Of a stretch of 64,000 nt of DNA, positions 26,039 through 40,242 are shown in pieces. This DNA is from Trichosphaerium sp. ATCC 40318 (taxonomy: Eukaryota > Protista > Tubulinea): assembly GCA_038496445.1 (NCBI GenBank), contig JALMLS010000322.1:1054001-1118000 (forward strand), in the 5' to 3' direction. The notes under the pieces were generated by a model that saw only the letters and a program-made list of their open reading frames with translations, was not told the DNA's origin and made no database searches. Each line of letters opens with the position of its first letter. Within the stretch, counting starts at the first letter, position 1. A program made the position numbers and the translations under genes.

Positions 26039-26131
26039 ATTTGGGATGATACAGCGGTTTTTGGTCACTTAAGTCCAGGTCAGTGAACTAACTACCAATA
26101 TTGACTGCCGACCACACGTGTTCAGGTTAAA

Positions 26132-26896
26132 ATGGTCAACAATGGTAGTTTTATAACGACAGGCACTTCTTGTTTACATCACTTTATGGAAGATAATAAC
26201 ACATTGGACCTTATTTACCTGCCTGTGGAGATAATCGTCCATATCCTGAAACAAGGCTATTTTACGCTCCGTTCAGCACAAACATGCCGTTTATTGCGAG
26301 ATATCGTTCACAACCATGTTGGATACGGAGTAATAAACGTTAAAAGCGATAGGGAAATATCTCTTCTTTCTGGCAGCCCTTTACTTCAAAATACCTATAT
26401 TTCAACTCGCTTGATTTCAAAAGATGTTGGTGATAAGCACTTGTACTTGTTGAAGGGCGTACATACTATTAACTTATCACGTTGCCGTGAAATAACAGAT
26501 GAGGGCATCGAGGCATTACATGGTGTTCATACCATTAATTTATCCAGTACAGGTGTTACAGATAAAAGTTTGAAGGCATTACATGGTGTTCATACCATTG
26601 ATTTATCCTTTACAGCTGTTACAGATGAAGGTTTGAAGGCGTTACGTGGTGTTCATACTATTACCTTAACATGTTGTTTCACCATAACAGATGAAGGTGT
26701 AAAGGCATTGGCTGGTGTTCATGAGATTGATTTAGAAAGTACTCCAATTACAAACGAATGTTTGAAGTGCTTAGTTGGTGTTCATACTATTACTTTAAAT
26801 GATACACAAGCAACTAAAGAGGGTGCCAAGGTATTGGTGGGTGTACATAAAGTCAAATGGGATAGTAATTATTGGAAAAGAACTCTTACACAATGA
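26132..26896 (+). CDS. Intronless F-box + leucine-rich repeat (GVHTIxL) protein
   Basis: LIYLPVEIIVHIL...AQTCRLLRDIV (F-box) followed by about 6-7 repeats of vTDEGlkALxGVHTIxL. The true start may be ATG 26186. Confidence 0.85.
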   Translation: MVNNGSFITTGTSCLHHFMEDNNTLDLIYLPVEIIVHILKQGYFTLRSAQTCRLLRDIVHNHVGYGVINVKSDREISLLSGSPLLQNTYISTRLISKDVGDKHLYLLKGVHTINLSRCREITDEGIEALHGVHTINLSSTGVTDKSLKALHGVHTIDLSFTAVTDEGLKALRGVHTITLTCCFTITDEGVKALAGVHEIDLESTPITNECLKCLVGVHTITLNDTQATKEGAKVLVGVHKVKWDSNYWKRTLTQ

Positions 26897-27345
26897 CTAA
26901 GACATAGTACCATATCATCGTCTGGTATACGAGAGCCTGCTTATCGATAGAGGAGCTTCAGTATTGAACTATGCTAATGATTAATTGTTGTAACTTGAAA
27001 CCAGGAAAAAACCACTAAGTCCAAATTTGACTTACCAGTTCGCTGATTGATTTTCTTTACGTGTATTACAGAACTGATTACTTTTTTGATAAGAGCTACC
27101 TTTAATGCGCATCGAATTCTTCCGCAAGCACTATGGAAGTTCCACTACAAGGGACAAAATGCTTTCTTAACTGTTTAACATTGAATTCAGCTGAAAACTT
27201 GTAATATTCAAATAACAAGTTAATTGAATTTTACCCCTTTACACAACGTTTACCTATTAACTTACAGTTTTACGTTACACCTTATATTACCAACGGCACC
27301 TCGCTATTAATTTAAAATTGGTATAAAAGGGGAAACAACCTTCCA

Positions 27346-29061
27346 ATGACATCAAGACTAGAGGTACCTCTTTTTTATGAGTTCGCGTATTTTTTAATAA
27401 CAACTCCAGGTAAACACCTCTTACGGCCAATGTGACTCCCTTTTACATCTACCAGTTGAGATACATCTTTGTATTATTGATTTTGATAACACAGCTTATT
27501 GTAAATGGCCAATATTATCAAAATACGCAGCAATTAGCTCAAGGTATGATTCTAAACTGAGAAAACATGGAAAATGGAAAAAATACGTGTCACCAAAAAG
27601 AAATAGCAGCAAAGTCTGGTTACGAGGTAAGTCCTTTTACAAGTGAAATTATAAACCCACGTTTTTGTAGGAAATAGTTCTTGGAAGCGTGGTAGACGAC
27701 ACGGAGAGCAAACAACATTTTTCAAAGCAGGCCACGTGATGAAAAAGTGCTTTTATAACAATGGAAAGTTGAGAGGCGACTACAAAGAGTGGCATACCAA
27801 TGGAGTGCCTTTGAAGCATTGCTTGTATGCGAATAACGGTGAATTGGACGGTAAATATACAAAGTGGTACAGAAATGGTCACCTAAAAATACAAAGTGGT
27901 TATGTTGGTGGTAAATTACATGGAGAGCACCAACTGTTGGATGTCAGGGGTGACTTACTTTTGCAATGTATGTACGTTAACGGTCAGCTACACGGTGAAT
28001 ACAAGAAGTGGTATGATAAAAGTAGATTACTAATACATAGCTTCTATGAGAACAATAAGTTGAACGGGAGTTATCAAGATTTCCATAGAAATGGACGTTT
28101 AAAGACAAATTGTTTTTATGAAAAGGGAGTCTTGAATTATGAGTACAAGGAGTTTAATCAAGATGGGGAGTTGTGTAAAGATTGCTTTTATGTTAATGGC
28201 AAGTTAAATAACGAATATGAAGAGTGGTGGTACGGACGTTTATGTCTACATGCAATGTACTCAGATGGTAAAAAAAATGGAGAGTTTTTACAGTGGCATT
28301 CGAACGGACAGTTGAAGGTTAGCTGTTTTTATGATAAAGGTCTGGTGGAAGGAGTGTACAAGAAGTGGTTTAAAAATGGTAAATTGGAAGCACATTGTGT
28401 TTACGTCAAAGGTCAGTTGGAAGGAGAGTACAAGGAGTGGTATGTCAATGGTCAAATATACAAGCACTGTTTTTATGTTGATGGCAAGCTTGATGGAAAA
28501 TACAAGGAAGCAAATACCACAGGCCTATGTTGGACGGAATGTACTTACAGTAATGGCAAGCGCCAAGGACAGTATAAGGTGTGGATCAAAGATGGGAATA
28601 TATGTACTCTTTGCTTTTATGTCAATGATAAGTTACATGGAGATTACAATAAGTGGTATGTGGATGGTAAATTGATGATTCAATGTTCCTATGCTGATGG
28701 TAAGTTGGATAAAGAGTACAAAGAATGGAACTTGAGTGGGGACTTACTAAAACATTGCTTCTATGTCAAAGGCGAGTTGAATGGTGAGTGCAAAGAATGG
28801 TATCCGAAAGGCCAGAAATACAAACATTACTTTTGTAACATGGGTATTATTGATGGAGAGTACAAGGAATGGCATGTCAATGGTAAGATGAAGAAACATG
28901 GGTTCAGTTTAAACGGGAAGAAGCACAAGAAATACAAAGAATGGTATGATACAGGGCATATAAAGCTAAAATGCCATTTTGAAAATGGTGTTTTGAATAA
29001 AAAGTACAAGTCGTGGTACAAAAATGGAAAGGTAGAAGAACAATGGCGCTTTCAGCACTAA
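27346..29061 (+). CDS. F-box-like + MORN-variant (MORN_2) repeat protein
   Basis: Two 5' GT-AG introns extend ORF 27736-29061 in frame to MTSRLE-VNTSYGQCDSLLHLPVEIHLCII (F-box-like). About 18 24-aa repeats of hCfYvnGkl.GeYkeWy.nG. TATAAAA at 27322. Confidence 0.85.
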
Positions 29062-29391
29062 ACAAAGAATATTAAATTAAATGACATAATATTTATCACG
29101 TGTCCTGAAATTGAGCAGTAAATAATTTACCTTAAAATCCAGTCAATTCCTTTGTTGATGAGTACCACTGAGGCCCTTAGTCAATCTGTCAGGACGATTT
29201 GCAAAAAAGTACAGTTAACACCATGCCGATTCCAAAGCCTAGTTGTAACATTTTTGATTAAATTTTTACAGTTTGCACTTTTTTTGAAAGTCAAATTCTA
29301 CAGAACAATACAAGGGGTGTAATTGAAATAAATGGGGTTTTTTTTTACATTTATACAGTCAATAAATAATTGAAAAAAACACTAAACTTGT

Positions 29392-32300
29392 TCACCACCA
29401 CTTTGTTTGGCTTGAAGTGAAACGGGAATATCCGCGCTCTCATTTTGGGTTTACATAAATTAATTAATCATTGAGGTACATAAGCATTAGGTTGAACTTG
29501 ATAACTAGGAACTATAAAAGCAAGTCAATAATCAAAAAAATAAAACAAAGAAAAAAAAAAGTTAAACAAAAACTGGCCGACAGAGCATCACACAAAACTT
29601 TTTTGGTAAAATCACCGATGTGTAAACGTAGCTGTTGTATTGGCTTACACAAGAAAAATTGCAAAGTTCAAAAAAGAAGAAAAGAAAACGAGATAGGAAG
29701 AAGAAAAAAAAAAAAGCAAAATGTTGATTGTTAATCAGTTCAGTACCTTGATAATAAGGTGTTTGACCACCAAATACACTATTAGAAAAATTACCATGTC
29801 TTCCATATTGCTTTGAAGCAGATGATTGTAAAGAAGAAGAACCATGGTTATTACTTCCACCACCAAGTGACTGTGATGTAAAATAATTTTTTTGCGTTGA
29901 CGTCGCATTACCATTATTATTATGAGTCCTATTGCCCCATGTTCCGTAACCACCCTATCATTAATATTAACACGTGCTCTTAACAAACATCAACGTACCG
30001 ATCCCGAAGTACTATTATCACCCCAAGTGCCTTGTTGTTGTGTAGGAGGAGCCCAAATATCGTATATCCGACGTAAGTCACTCTCTTGAACATTCCCAAC
30101 AGCTCCGCTAAGCAACTTGTACTGACCAGTATTAGCGTGATCTGAATGTGTATATTGTTGTCCACCACCGTTATTAGAAGGAGGAGGAGGAGAAACCATA
30201 TTATAACGAGGTTGAGATGACGAAGAATTTGGGTGTTGAGGTTGAGGTTGAGGTGGTTGAACAGAAGCAGTTTGATTCCAAATCCCAAAATCAGTTGTGA
30301 ATCCGTTACTATAACTCTCAATGGACCCATCGTTTATAGATGGTGTTGATGATAAAGAGTTACTTAGTTTCTTAGGTGTTGCTGAAAAATGATTTCTAGC
30401 ACCTCTATTTAAGAGGTACCCTTGATTCGAATGTTCATTATAATTTGTTGGAGGTTTTTTGAAATTCGAAGAAATAGGATTTTCCATTTTTTTTGAATCC
30501 TTAGAAACAGGTCTTTGTGGCGCTCTTGATGAAGGTCCTGATTGTTTTTTTATACTTGAAGGAGCTTGTATGTGTCCATGAGAAGGTGCTATAGCACCTG
30601 GATGGTGTCTATCTGGACCACCAGGAGCCAATCTGTTAAGACCTGAAGAAGGAGAAATAATTGTATTGTTGTTTGTATCGTTGCCTGTCAGTGAAACTGA
30701 TCGTGGTAGGAGCTTCGATCTCTCTGGGATATTTTGTTGTGTGTGATTTTCAAATAATGCACCCATTTTTGAGTGCATAGCTGATGATTTAAATGAGAAC
30801 AAGAACAAAAAAAACAGAGGCGCACAAAAAGAAAAAACAAAAAAAACGTACGAAAAATTGATTCTTCAGTTGGTGAGTCTAGAGCTAGACGTGCTACTAG
30901 AGAATCAAGTGGATATGTACTACTAGATGAAGTAGGTTGTGTGTGTATTGATTTTGTGGGTTTTTGTTGCTGGTGTTTGTCATTGATAGACTGACGACCA
31001 ACTGGCATTTGTGATGACTGTGAAACTTTAGGTTTATACGTTCCAATTGTATTATGTGATTGTGTTACTCTCCTTGTAGCCTGCTTACTATGTATATGTG
31101 CGAAAGGATCATTTGTATGTATATTTCGAGATTTAGGTGCCATAGAAATCATCTCTGACGCCCTTTTCTCTTCCTACAAAAAAAAAGTTAGAACAGATCT
31201 TATTGGAGTTAACAATCATTAAGAAACTACCTGTAGGCGCTTTGCTGCCTCCTTTGATTCCCTAAGCTTACGATCCATCTCTTCTCGTCTTAATCGTTCT
31301 TGTTCAGCGGCTTGTTGACGCTACACAGAAAGTAAGTACAAAGGAGGAAAATAGTCTTTTGTCAAAGATAAAAAAAAATGCAAAAAAAATGGCACTCACT
31401 TGGCGTTGCTTCTTGCTCGCTTCACCGCCTCTTACAATTACATTCCACCCATCAGATTCAGGTATTTTTGTTTTACATACTGCACAAGTAGTAGATGAAG
31501 CTTCATTTACAAAAGTGCACTTGCGACAACTCCACTGACCTGGGAGTAAAACAACTTTTGCAGGATCTGTAATACCTTCATCAATTTTTTTTCTTTGTTG
31601 AAACTCTTCTAAATAAGCAACCCTACGAACACCATTAATTTATTATAATGATTGTCAAGTATGTGTACCAAAGAGGAGCTCTAATTGTTTTATTAAGCTG
31701 ATCACCAACTTGTTCTGTCCTGTTCAGTAACCGCCATGATTTTTTTGTTAAAATTTCCTTCAACTTTGAAGGAATGCCTTGTGGTAAGCTGCTCGGCCGA
31801 TAATCTTCTCCCTTTTTGAAAAATTAAATATACAACTATATATCTAATCAAACCATACCTTGTGCTCGCCTCTGACAAAAGTTTGTGTTGATCCAATTGC
31901 TGACAATTCTTTCAACATTAAAATTGCTTCATACACTTGTTGATGCAACCTTCGCACTCCCTTTTGACAGTTTGTGCTCTTTACAGCGCTTTTTAGTTGA
32001 CCAGCTTCTCTAGCTACTATATCAAAGGTGTTAGAAAGCAAGATAATAAAAGAAAACCGAAAGACAAGTGAAACGTACGTTGCCTTATATTCGCTAACCG
32101 TTGCATAAAATTTCTTAAATGTGTATACTTTTCTAAAATTTCGCACACTTGTGCGTCTGTAGCATCTTCATCAAGTTCTTTTATAGTTGCTATAGTCTTT
32201 GAACGTTGTGACCAATCATGCCATATATTTCGTAGCATTGATTCAACCTTTAAATGAAGACATAAGAAACCACAAAAAAAAAAAATTGTTTTTTATTCGT

Positions 32301-33782
32301 ACCTCTTCTTCAACTAACTTTCCTCTTTTAGGACATGGATAAGAACAATTTCTATTTTTCATATTTCTATCCCCAATAACAATTAAAAAATCACCGTGTG
32401 TATATGTTATAATAACAGCCAAGTGTTCTGTTTTAATATCTACAAAGAAAGAAACAAAAAGTCAGCAACAACAAAACCAAAAAAAAACGAAAAAACAATA
32501 ATATCAAATTGGTTTAGAATATTCCTCCAATTGCATTTGAGAGATTAAAAACTACAAAATTTCCTTCTTGCTAAACCAAAAAAAAATTCTCGAGAATAGT
32601 GGACTCTTCCATTTTTGATTTTTAATTTCTTTTTGTGGAAAAACTGCTGGAATTCCAGATATTCCTAGAAAATATACGTATGACATAAAAGAACATGTCT
32701 GTGATATTTCAAAAAACAACGAAAAGAAATAGTATTCGATAGTAACATACCTCTATCTTTTACATTATTTTTAGCTTGTGCAGGCGTCAACTGAGTTTGC
32801 ATAAAGACGTCAATGCCACAATCAAGCATTACATCCTCAAGTTCAGAAGCATAATTATAAACACGAGTATCTGATCCATAAAGAACAACCAAGTGTAAAA
32901 AAGGACGCCTTCCAGCGCTTAAATTACGCTTTGGAGGTAAGTCTAATTTATGTGCAAGTGACGAAAAAGATCGTAATCTTCTTGCTCCTGGCATCATTGA
33001 TGATCGTCCCATAGACATAGGTATCTATTTAAAATATTACTTACAATACATATATTACAATAACTTAAAAATTAGTGACATCATCATCGATGTAAAGCTG
33101 GGAGAGTTTCAACTTTTTTTTTTCCTGAAATTTACTGAAAATTCTTGAAAAAAACGGTTTTGTTGTTTGGAAATGTCGTTAATTGGTTTACAAGAAAATA
33201 CGACATTTGGCACTTGCTGTGTGTACGAAATACGCAATTTAAAAATGTATGTAACAATCTGAAAGAAAGGTGATTTGTGAGCTGAGTTTACGGAAAAGTA
33301 AATTCTTATTCGTTGTATTCGCTTTGTACAGTGTTGTTAAGCCGTTAGAGACCTGTTTTTGTAGGTTTTGAAATAGGGTTTGTAAGAAAAAATTTTTGCG
33401 ACTCACTAAAAAAGAGTGGTAATGGTTGCGTACGCGTTGTGGTAATGCTGTGCCTTCATGTAAAAATCGGCAATTAGAACCAAGCTTGCACAGGCCTTGT
33501 TTGTAGTATTTACACGGAATGTTAAACTTTGGCATGTTTTGAGTAGCTGGACGCGTTTGATGGCGTGGGGCAACATTATTTTTCGCTACAGTGTAATTTC
33601 GACCAGACACGTTCTGGCGCGTCGAATAGCCAGATCCTATACGCAATTATTAAACGATGATATTACTGTGTTTTGGTGTAAATTCCTTGGCGCCAAAGGT
33701 TGCACTACAACAAAAAGCCGATCGAGTACACAAGAAAAAGAGCCACAACAAGCGACGTAAACGCTCTTGCGCAATACAGCAT
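29392..33782 (-). CDS. CCCH zinc finger + anticodon-binding-like domain + RanBP2/NZF zinc finger + low-complexity tail
   Basis: PCKYYKQGLCKLGSNCRFLHE; LIVIGDRNMKNRNC; WSCRKCTFVNEASSTTCAVC; coiled coil; S/N/G/Q/P-rich C-terminal half. Terminal exons are less certain. Confidence 0.75.
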
Positions 33783-34199
33783 GTATAGTAAGCAAAATAC
33801 AATTCTTGTTACCCTGATCCGTTACAATTTCACTCAAGAAATCTTAGAAATTGCCAAAACGAACCTGAGTTATTCATAAACGAAAGACTATTATCCTTGT
33901 GGCGTATTTCGCAGTGTTTTAGGAGTTGGAAATTGGCTAGAAATTCGTACAAGAATATTGACCAAGTATGACTTTGTATGAGCTCCATACGATTTTATTG
34001 TCAATAGAAATAGATAAACACACCGCGTTTAGTAATAGTACGCCTCATAATTACTTATAATACGTTTAATTTTACCGTTGGAGTTGAATACTTATGTAAA
34101 CGACGAAAACGTTTTATAATTACATCAAATAACTCACTAGTACCTCTTTATTTCATTTTGAGTGTCTTTCATCGTTTAACTCACAAAAAGGGTAAAAGT

Positions 34200-36203
34200 A
34201 TGGCTAAACCACGTTGTTTCTTTGATATTACCGTCGGAGGATCATACAGTACGCAAACCAAATCGGCTATGCTTTGGCTATTCCCAAAAAATTGTTGACA
34301 TGCAGCCTAACACTTCTGAAGAGGGTAAATTAGTGTTTGATCTATACAAAGACATCGTACCCAAAACAGTTGAAAATTTTAGAGCGCTATGCACAGGTAC
34401 GCACGACAATGACTAAAATATGTCATTTTCAATTAAAGTGACACGCTGTCAACCTTTTTGCAACTTTTACAGTGCACTCAACACCAAAATCGTTAAAACA
34501 CACTTTGACAAGTCTAAACAATTGTCTATTGGCTAATATTGTTATTATAAAGGCGAAAAAGGTATTGGTAAATGTGGTAAACCACTACACTACAAGGGAT
34601 CAAAATTCCATCGTATCATCCGAGGATTCATGTGTCAAGGCGGTACGTCATCAAATCCTTACAACGTGGGATATGATTTCTTTTTTTTTACGACGTCTAT
34701 TTCAACCACGTTTTTTGTTGCTTTGTTGCAAGTACTAATAGAGGTATTAGGTGATTTTGAGAGCGGTAATGGTCGCGGTGGAGAGTCAATCTATGGCGCT
34801 CGTTTTGAAGATGAGAATTTCATTACTAAGCATGACAAAGGTGGTTTACTGTCCATGTACTGTTTATTTTTCTTTTTTTTTATATTTATCTGACGCACGT
34901 GCTGTAGGGCAAATGCTGGTCCTGGAACCAATGGTAGTCAATTTTTTATCACTGTTAAGCCTACACCTCATCTTAATGGCAAACATGTCGTTTTTGGAGA
35001 GCTTGTTGAAGGAAGAGATCTTTTGAGGTCCTTGGAGACTATGAAGACTGATTCTAGTGATGTACCTGTGCTTGAGGTTGTCATTTCGGATTGTGGAGAA
35101 ATGACAAAAAAGAAAAGAAAGAGAGAATCCGATAGTGACTCTGAATCTGATGGCAGACGCAAGAGGAAAAGGAAGTAAGAACCAAAACAAAAACACCATT
35201 ACTTTATTTTTTTACCTTTTTTCTTCGAAATATTGTTACACTTGCTCACGTGATAATTATTTTTTACATCTCAATGCGAAATTAACAAGAAAAATCAAAC
35301 AATGTTAGGGCCTTTGGTACCTTCAATGAGCCACTAGTTTTCTTTTACGTTTTGATAACAAACTGTTTGTTTACATTGTTCTTAGAGACAAAAAACATAA
35401 ACACAAGAGGGATAAGAAGCACAAGAGAGATAAAAAAGATAAAAAACATAAGCGTAAGTCTTCTGGTGATCTAGATGGAGAGGAAGAAGTACATGATGGA
35501 ATGACAAAGGAAGACGAGGAAAAACTAGAACGTGAAGCAGCAGAAAGAAAGCGAGCTAAAGAGCGCCGTATCGGTAAGTTGAATCTAGCCTTGTGAAGCT
35601 CAAACATGTCTCTAGCAAATCGCCCTGTTATAAAGGATAGTGAGGGTAGAAAGATAAGAGGACGTGGTGGAGATAACTACAGCAGATCAATGCGTGGAGA
35701 TGACTACAGGTGACTCTTGATTTGAAACAAAATTCTGAATATTTTTTTTGGTGTTACGCTCATTGGCCTACACAGTCTGTGTTTTTGTTGCTAACTTTAT
35801 AAAGGTCTCAAGGTAGCCGTGATAGAGATAGACGCGATTACAGGGATAGAGATCGAAGGTATTGACTATTTCTTTCAGAAACGTTTAAACGGTTTTTTTT
35901 TTTTCGACCTTGTGAGTTCACCTTGTTTGTAGGTCGTATAGAGGAGATAGAAGGGGTGATTCTAACAGATCAAGTTATCGTCGTGATGGTGACAGAAGAG
36001 ATGATAGACGTAGAGATGACAGAGGTAGTGATAGAGATAATTGGAGAGATAGAGCAAGAGAAGATAATAGAAGAGATCAAGAGCGTGAAGAAAAAGCACG
36101 TGATAGATCTGATGATAAACGGGGTGATGAAGATGTAGAAAGCGATGATGAACGTGATAGGCGGCGTAGTGATGATAAAAAATCAGTTGATGGGTCACCA
36201 TAA
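34200..36203 (+). CDS. Cyclophilin PPIase with K/H-rich and RD/RS-rich tail (PPIG/CYP63-like)
   Basis: [72 protein letters not shown]; RD dipeptide-rich 3' exons. Confidence 0.92.
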
Positions 36204-36732
36204 AAAAGAAAACTACAAAAGTTGTTATTGATAAAAAAGCCATCCACCTTTCACCACGAGCTTGTTTGGTTTTTTTTTTTTGAAAATTTAAATTGTAACA
36301 AACAACTATTTTCCATCGCTGGTAGTGACCCAGAAATTACCTAGAACCGTGTAAAATATGCCGTTTTTGTTCATCAAAAAGTGCGAATTCTACAACACAG
36401 TACAACAAAGCAGGAGTTGGAAAATGACTTTTAATGTGCTGTTTCTTTGTATTACAATTTTAACATATAAAATATGTTCATACTTTTGGCACTGTTTAAT
36501 GTTGAGTATACTTGTTCACGTGACTATAAATGGAAATGTTTGTCTAAGGCTCACATATACGAACTACTCGCTAATTGCAATAAGCTCCCATTGAGTAGCT
36601 ATTATGCGGTTTTATCTATTGAACGTCAGCTGCATCTTTAAATTACTAATCGCCCAGATTGGATTTTCGGTTTTAGCCAATGCTCAGAAAAATGTTAAAA
36701 ATGTGTTACGGAAATCGATGAATACATGTTAA

Positions 36733-37323
<591 letters not shown>

Positions 37324-37992
37324 TTTAGCCACTTGTAAGCTCCCCTTGTTCATAAAAATACCTTGTAAAGCCTACGAATTGCCCGTTTAATGTAAGATAT
37401 TTTTGTTGTCACCATATTTGTTCGTAATAATTAGCTAGTACCAGGATCACTTTTTTCGTGACAGGTATTCACATGATTTTATTTAGTATTTTACGGATAA
37501 TAAGGTACGTCTTCTGCTCTAGGAGATAAACTTGTTTAAACAACTCATACAGCTGTATTATCACGTTTTTTTGTGAACGACGTGTGCTTGAAAAAATTGA
37601 GATCGCAAACTGATTTAAAAACGCGTATTTCAACGCACAAATCCATCAACGCAAAGAATTTGAGACGACATTTTTTGCTCCAACACTGAGTGATTGTGAT
37701 TGAAGTGTTGGTTTGATTGAAAACTAACTTGCAACAAAAATGTCCACTAAATCAATCAGTAATTATTCAATCAATAATAAGTAGCATCAATCAAGCACGA
37801 ATGACTTCCTTCGTACATATGTATTAAACGTGACATGTATCATTGGATGGCCAGTTTTAATACAACAACAACATTCAATCAGTTGATATCAATCTGGTAA
37901 TTAAGCGTCATGAATCAATTGCGTTTAAGTTATTTTACACCATTCAACAACTATTAAACAATAATCACCACTTCTCCTCATTACAATCAAAT

Positions 37993-38548
37993 ATGATACA
38001 CTCAAACTTGCTTCTAATATGTGTATGCGCGATGTGTACGTCAACAATTACACTCACAATTTCAATCTCTTTTATTTTACAATTTTTTCAACACTTCATC
38101 AATCTTTCAGACTCATCATATTGTAGTATCGCTAGCTTTCTGCAATATCAGTATTAAAAATCCAGACGCCACACTTGTAGGAGGTATCAATTTTGCCTTT
38201 AAAGATGTTAGATTTGCTGAAAACAGTAAGTAACCTCCTTCGATTGACTTGGAAATTGCTTCCTTCTTTGTGAACTTACACCTTTGTTTTAAAGTTGAGG
38301 TAGCTGTTTGTATTACCACCAATGGTGAAATCTTGATAGTAGACTTAAATGATATCAAAGGTAACCCCTAACAGCTTAGCAAGGTAAAATTCTCTAATCG
38401 ATCACTAGCTGGCTTTAACACATTGGATACTGTACCCTACAAACATTTTGGATATTTAAAAGATGCTGATCATGATGCTATAAGAGAAGGTCGTGTACCT
38501 GGATATCCAGGGTTGTTTATTCAAACAATAGTAATAAATCATGAATAA
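37993..38548 (+). CDS. Small orphan spliced protein (about 115 aa)
   Basis: Four exons join in frame through GT-AG introns (...FAEN/IEVAVCITTNGEILIVDLNDIK/AGFNTLD...INHE*). No family recognised; start uncertain. Confidence 0.4.
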
Positions 38549-38919
38549 ATAAAACCATATCACTTAGCCAAATGATCCAAATGATATCTTGACCGTCGTT
38601 TTAGTTTCAATTAGGTACCTAAATACTGCAGAATCTAATGTCTGATTCCTCTACCTGATTTGTGCCATAAGGATTTTATTTGTAGTGCTGGGTACTAGTT
38701 AATTTGTCTATCAGCAACCAAATGAACTTGCTAGAAACTTGTGATTCTATAGCACCATTTCAAGCTGTTCGAGATACCAAGTTCTTCAAACAAGAGCATG
38801 TTATATCCAGCATTGATAAGCGTTTAACATTTGTTAAGATGTCATTCTTTAATCTGTTATTTGAGTTTATCAATACTTAAGTTGTCACGTGGTTGGTTGT
38901 TGAAACGTAATTGCTTTAT

Positions 38920-39827
38920 TTATGACTTGTACAAAGTAAGATTTACAATATTGCTATTAACCAATGAACAATGTCCAAAAATCTCTTCATGGTGCATCAT
39001 GAAGCGTTCTTTAAATGTTTTAACTTGAACAAATACTTGAAGAGGAAACACATCAGGTGTTTTAGCATCTGCAACATGAATGTGACAATGTTTTCCTTGA
39101 AGAGAAAAGGTTCCTGGGGAACCTTCTTCAGATGGCGTGTGAGATAGAAACTCAAATAGAAACCCTAAGCCACCTTGGGCTGCTGGTGACCTGTCGAAAA
39201 GGAAAGGTATTTCATATGTTTTTTTATTACCTGGTTCTAAGATTACAGTAAAATTATGCATTGAAGAGCTGTACCTTCTCCCATATAAATGCTTCTTATT
39301 ATTTAAGTATTTGTGCTTATTCTTCACAGTAGGCTTCCAAATATATAAAGAACTACCACCTTCAATAACAGAACATTCTTCGATTTTAAAGCCATGACCT
39401 AGAAATACTTCTTCTTCGTTTACACCAATATTCTCGATTGTGAGTTTGAATGTTACTGTATCTCCTTTGTGAATCTTTATCTTATCGCACGTCAACTCTG
39501 ATAGGACGCAAGGAATAAGTCTGTTTCGGTACTTTTTTTTCCACGTGGTCGCATTGAAATCATACAAAGTGGCTGGCATTTGGATAGTCTTTGTCTCTGG
39601 TAGCCACGTTTCTGTTTCAGGATAGAATACTGCATCATTCGAGTTAAACTATTCTTCTTCAGTATTATTTCGTTTAAAGAGTGGTTTGATTGTTGTAAGG
39701 AAGCTAAATCACGCCATGATAGGTTATTACTCACGATAATATTCAGCAATATCTCAAGAGGTATCGAAAACAAGTTCGTGGTGTCTGTACATACGCCAAA
39801 AGGTGAACTGCTCGTCGATGTTGCCAT
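38920..39827 (-). CDS. F-box protein split by a frame break (frameshift, micro-intron or pseudogene)
   Basis: NLFSIPLEILLNII...LSWRDLASLQQSNHSLNEII is in one frame; TWKKKY and a 219-aa beta-rich domain are in an overlapping frame. Confidence 0.65.
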
Positions 39828-40242
39828 TCCTGTATCAGTTCCACAGAACTTTTAAGCGAACAGAAAATACCACTAAGTGGCTAAACTGGATGTGATCATT
39901 GTGACACAGGAGTTGAACGAAAAGTCACGTGACATCCACTTACAAGAGCCTTCGTAGGCAACTCAGTAAACATAACAACTAGGATTGTTGATACAGCTAT
40001 GTAACAACATTAACAAAGTACAACAAAAAGTACTTGGCTATTTCATGAGTTACCTTATGGTACCAAGCACTGCAACATGAGTTAAGGGAATGACTTCAGC
40101 ACTGACTGTTAAAGTTGTAAGGATGCGATAACGTCACTATACATCCAGTGAAGCTACTACAGGATAGGAGTGGTACAATAGTGGTTAAAACAATCAGAGC
40201 TCTGAACCAAATTGAAAATCATACTTTATTTTTTGGATCGGG

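Noticed and set aside
28331-28675. Overlapping alternative-frame ORFs (also 48424-48885, 29980-30330, 35962-36243, 37054-37293)
   Set aside because: These are shadows of repetitive or biased coding sequence with no independent motifs.
27736-29061. YwqK-type antitoxin of a toxin-antitoxin system
   Set aside because: That label only reflects MORN_2 repeats. There is no toxin neighbour, and the gene has introns and an F-box-like start.
26100-29100. Integrated giant-virus segment
   Set aside because: No viral core genes (capsid, packaging ATPase, polymerase), no visible boundaries, and flanking genes are ordinary host genes.
35800-36180. GATAGA-like microsatellite
   Set aside because: It encodes the RD-rich tail of the cyclophilin.
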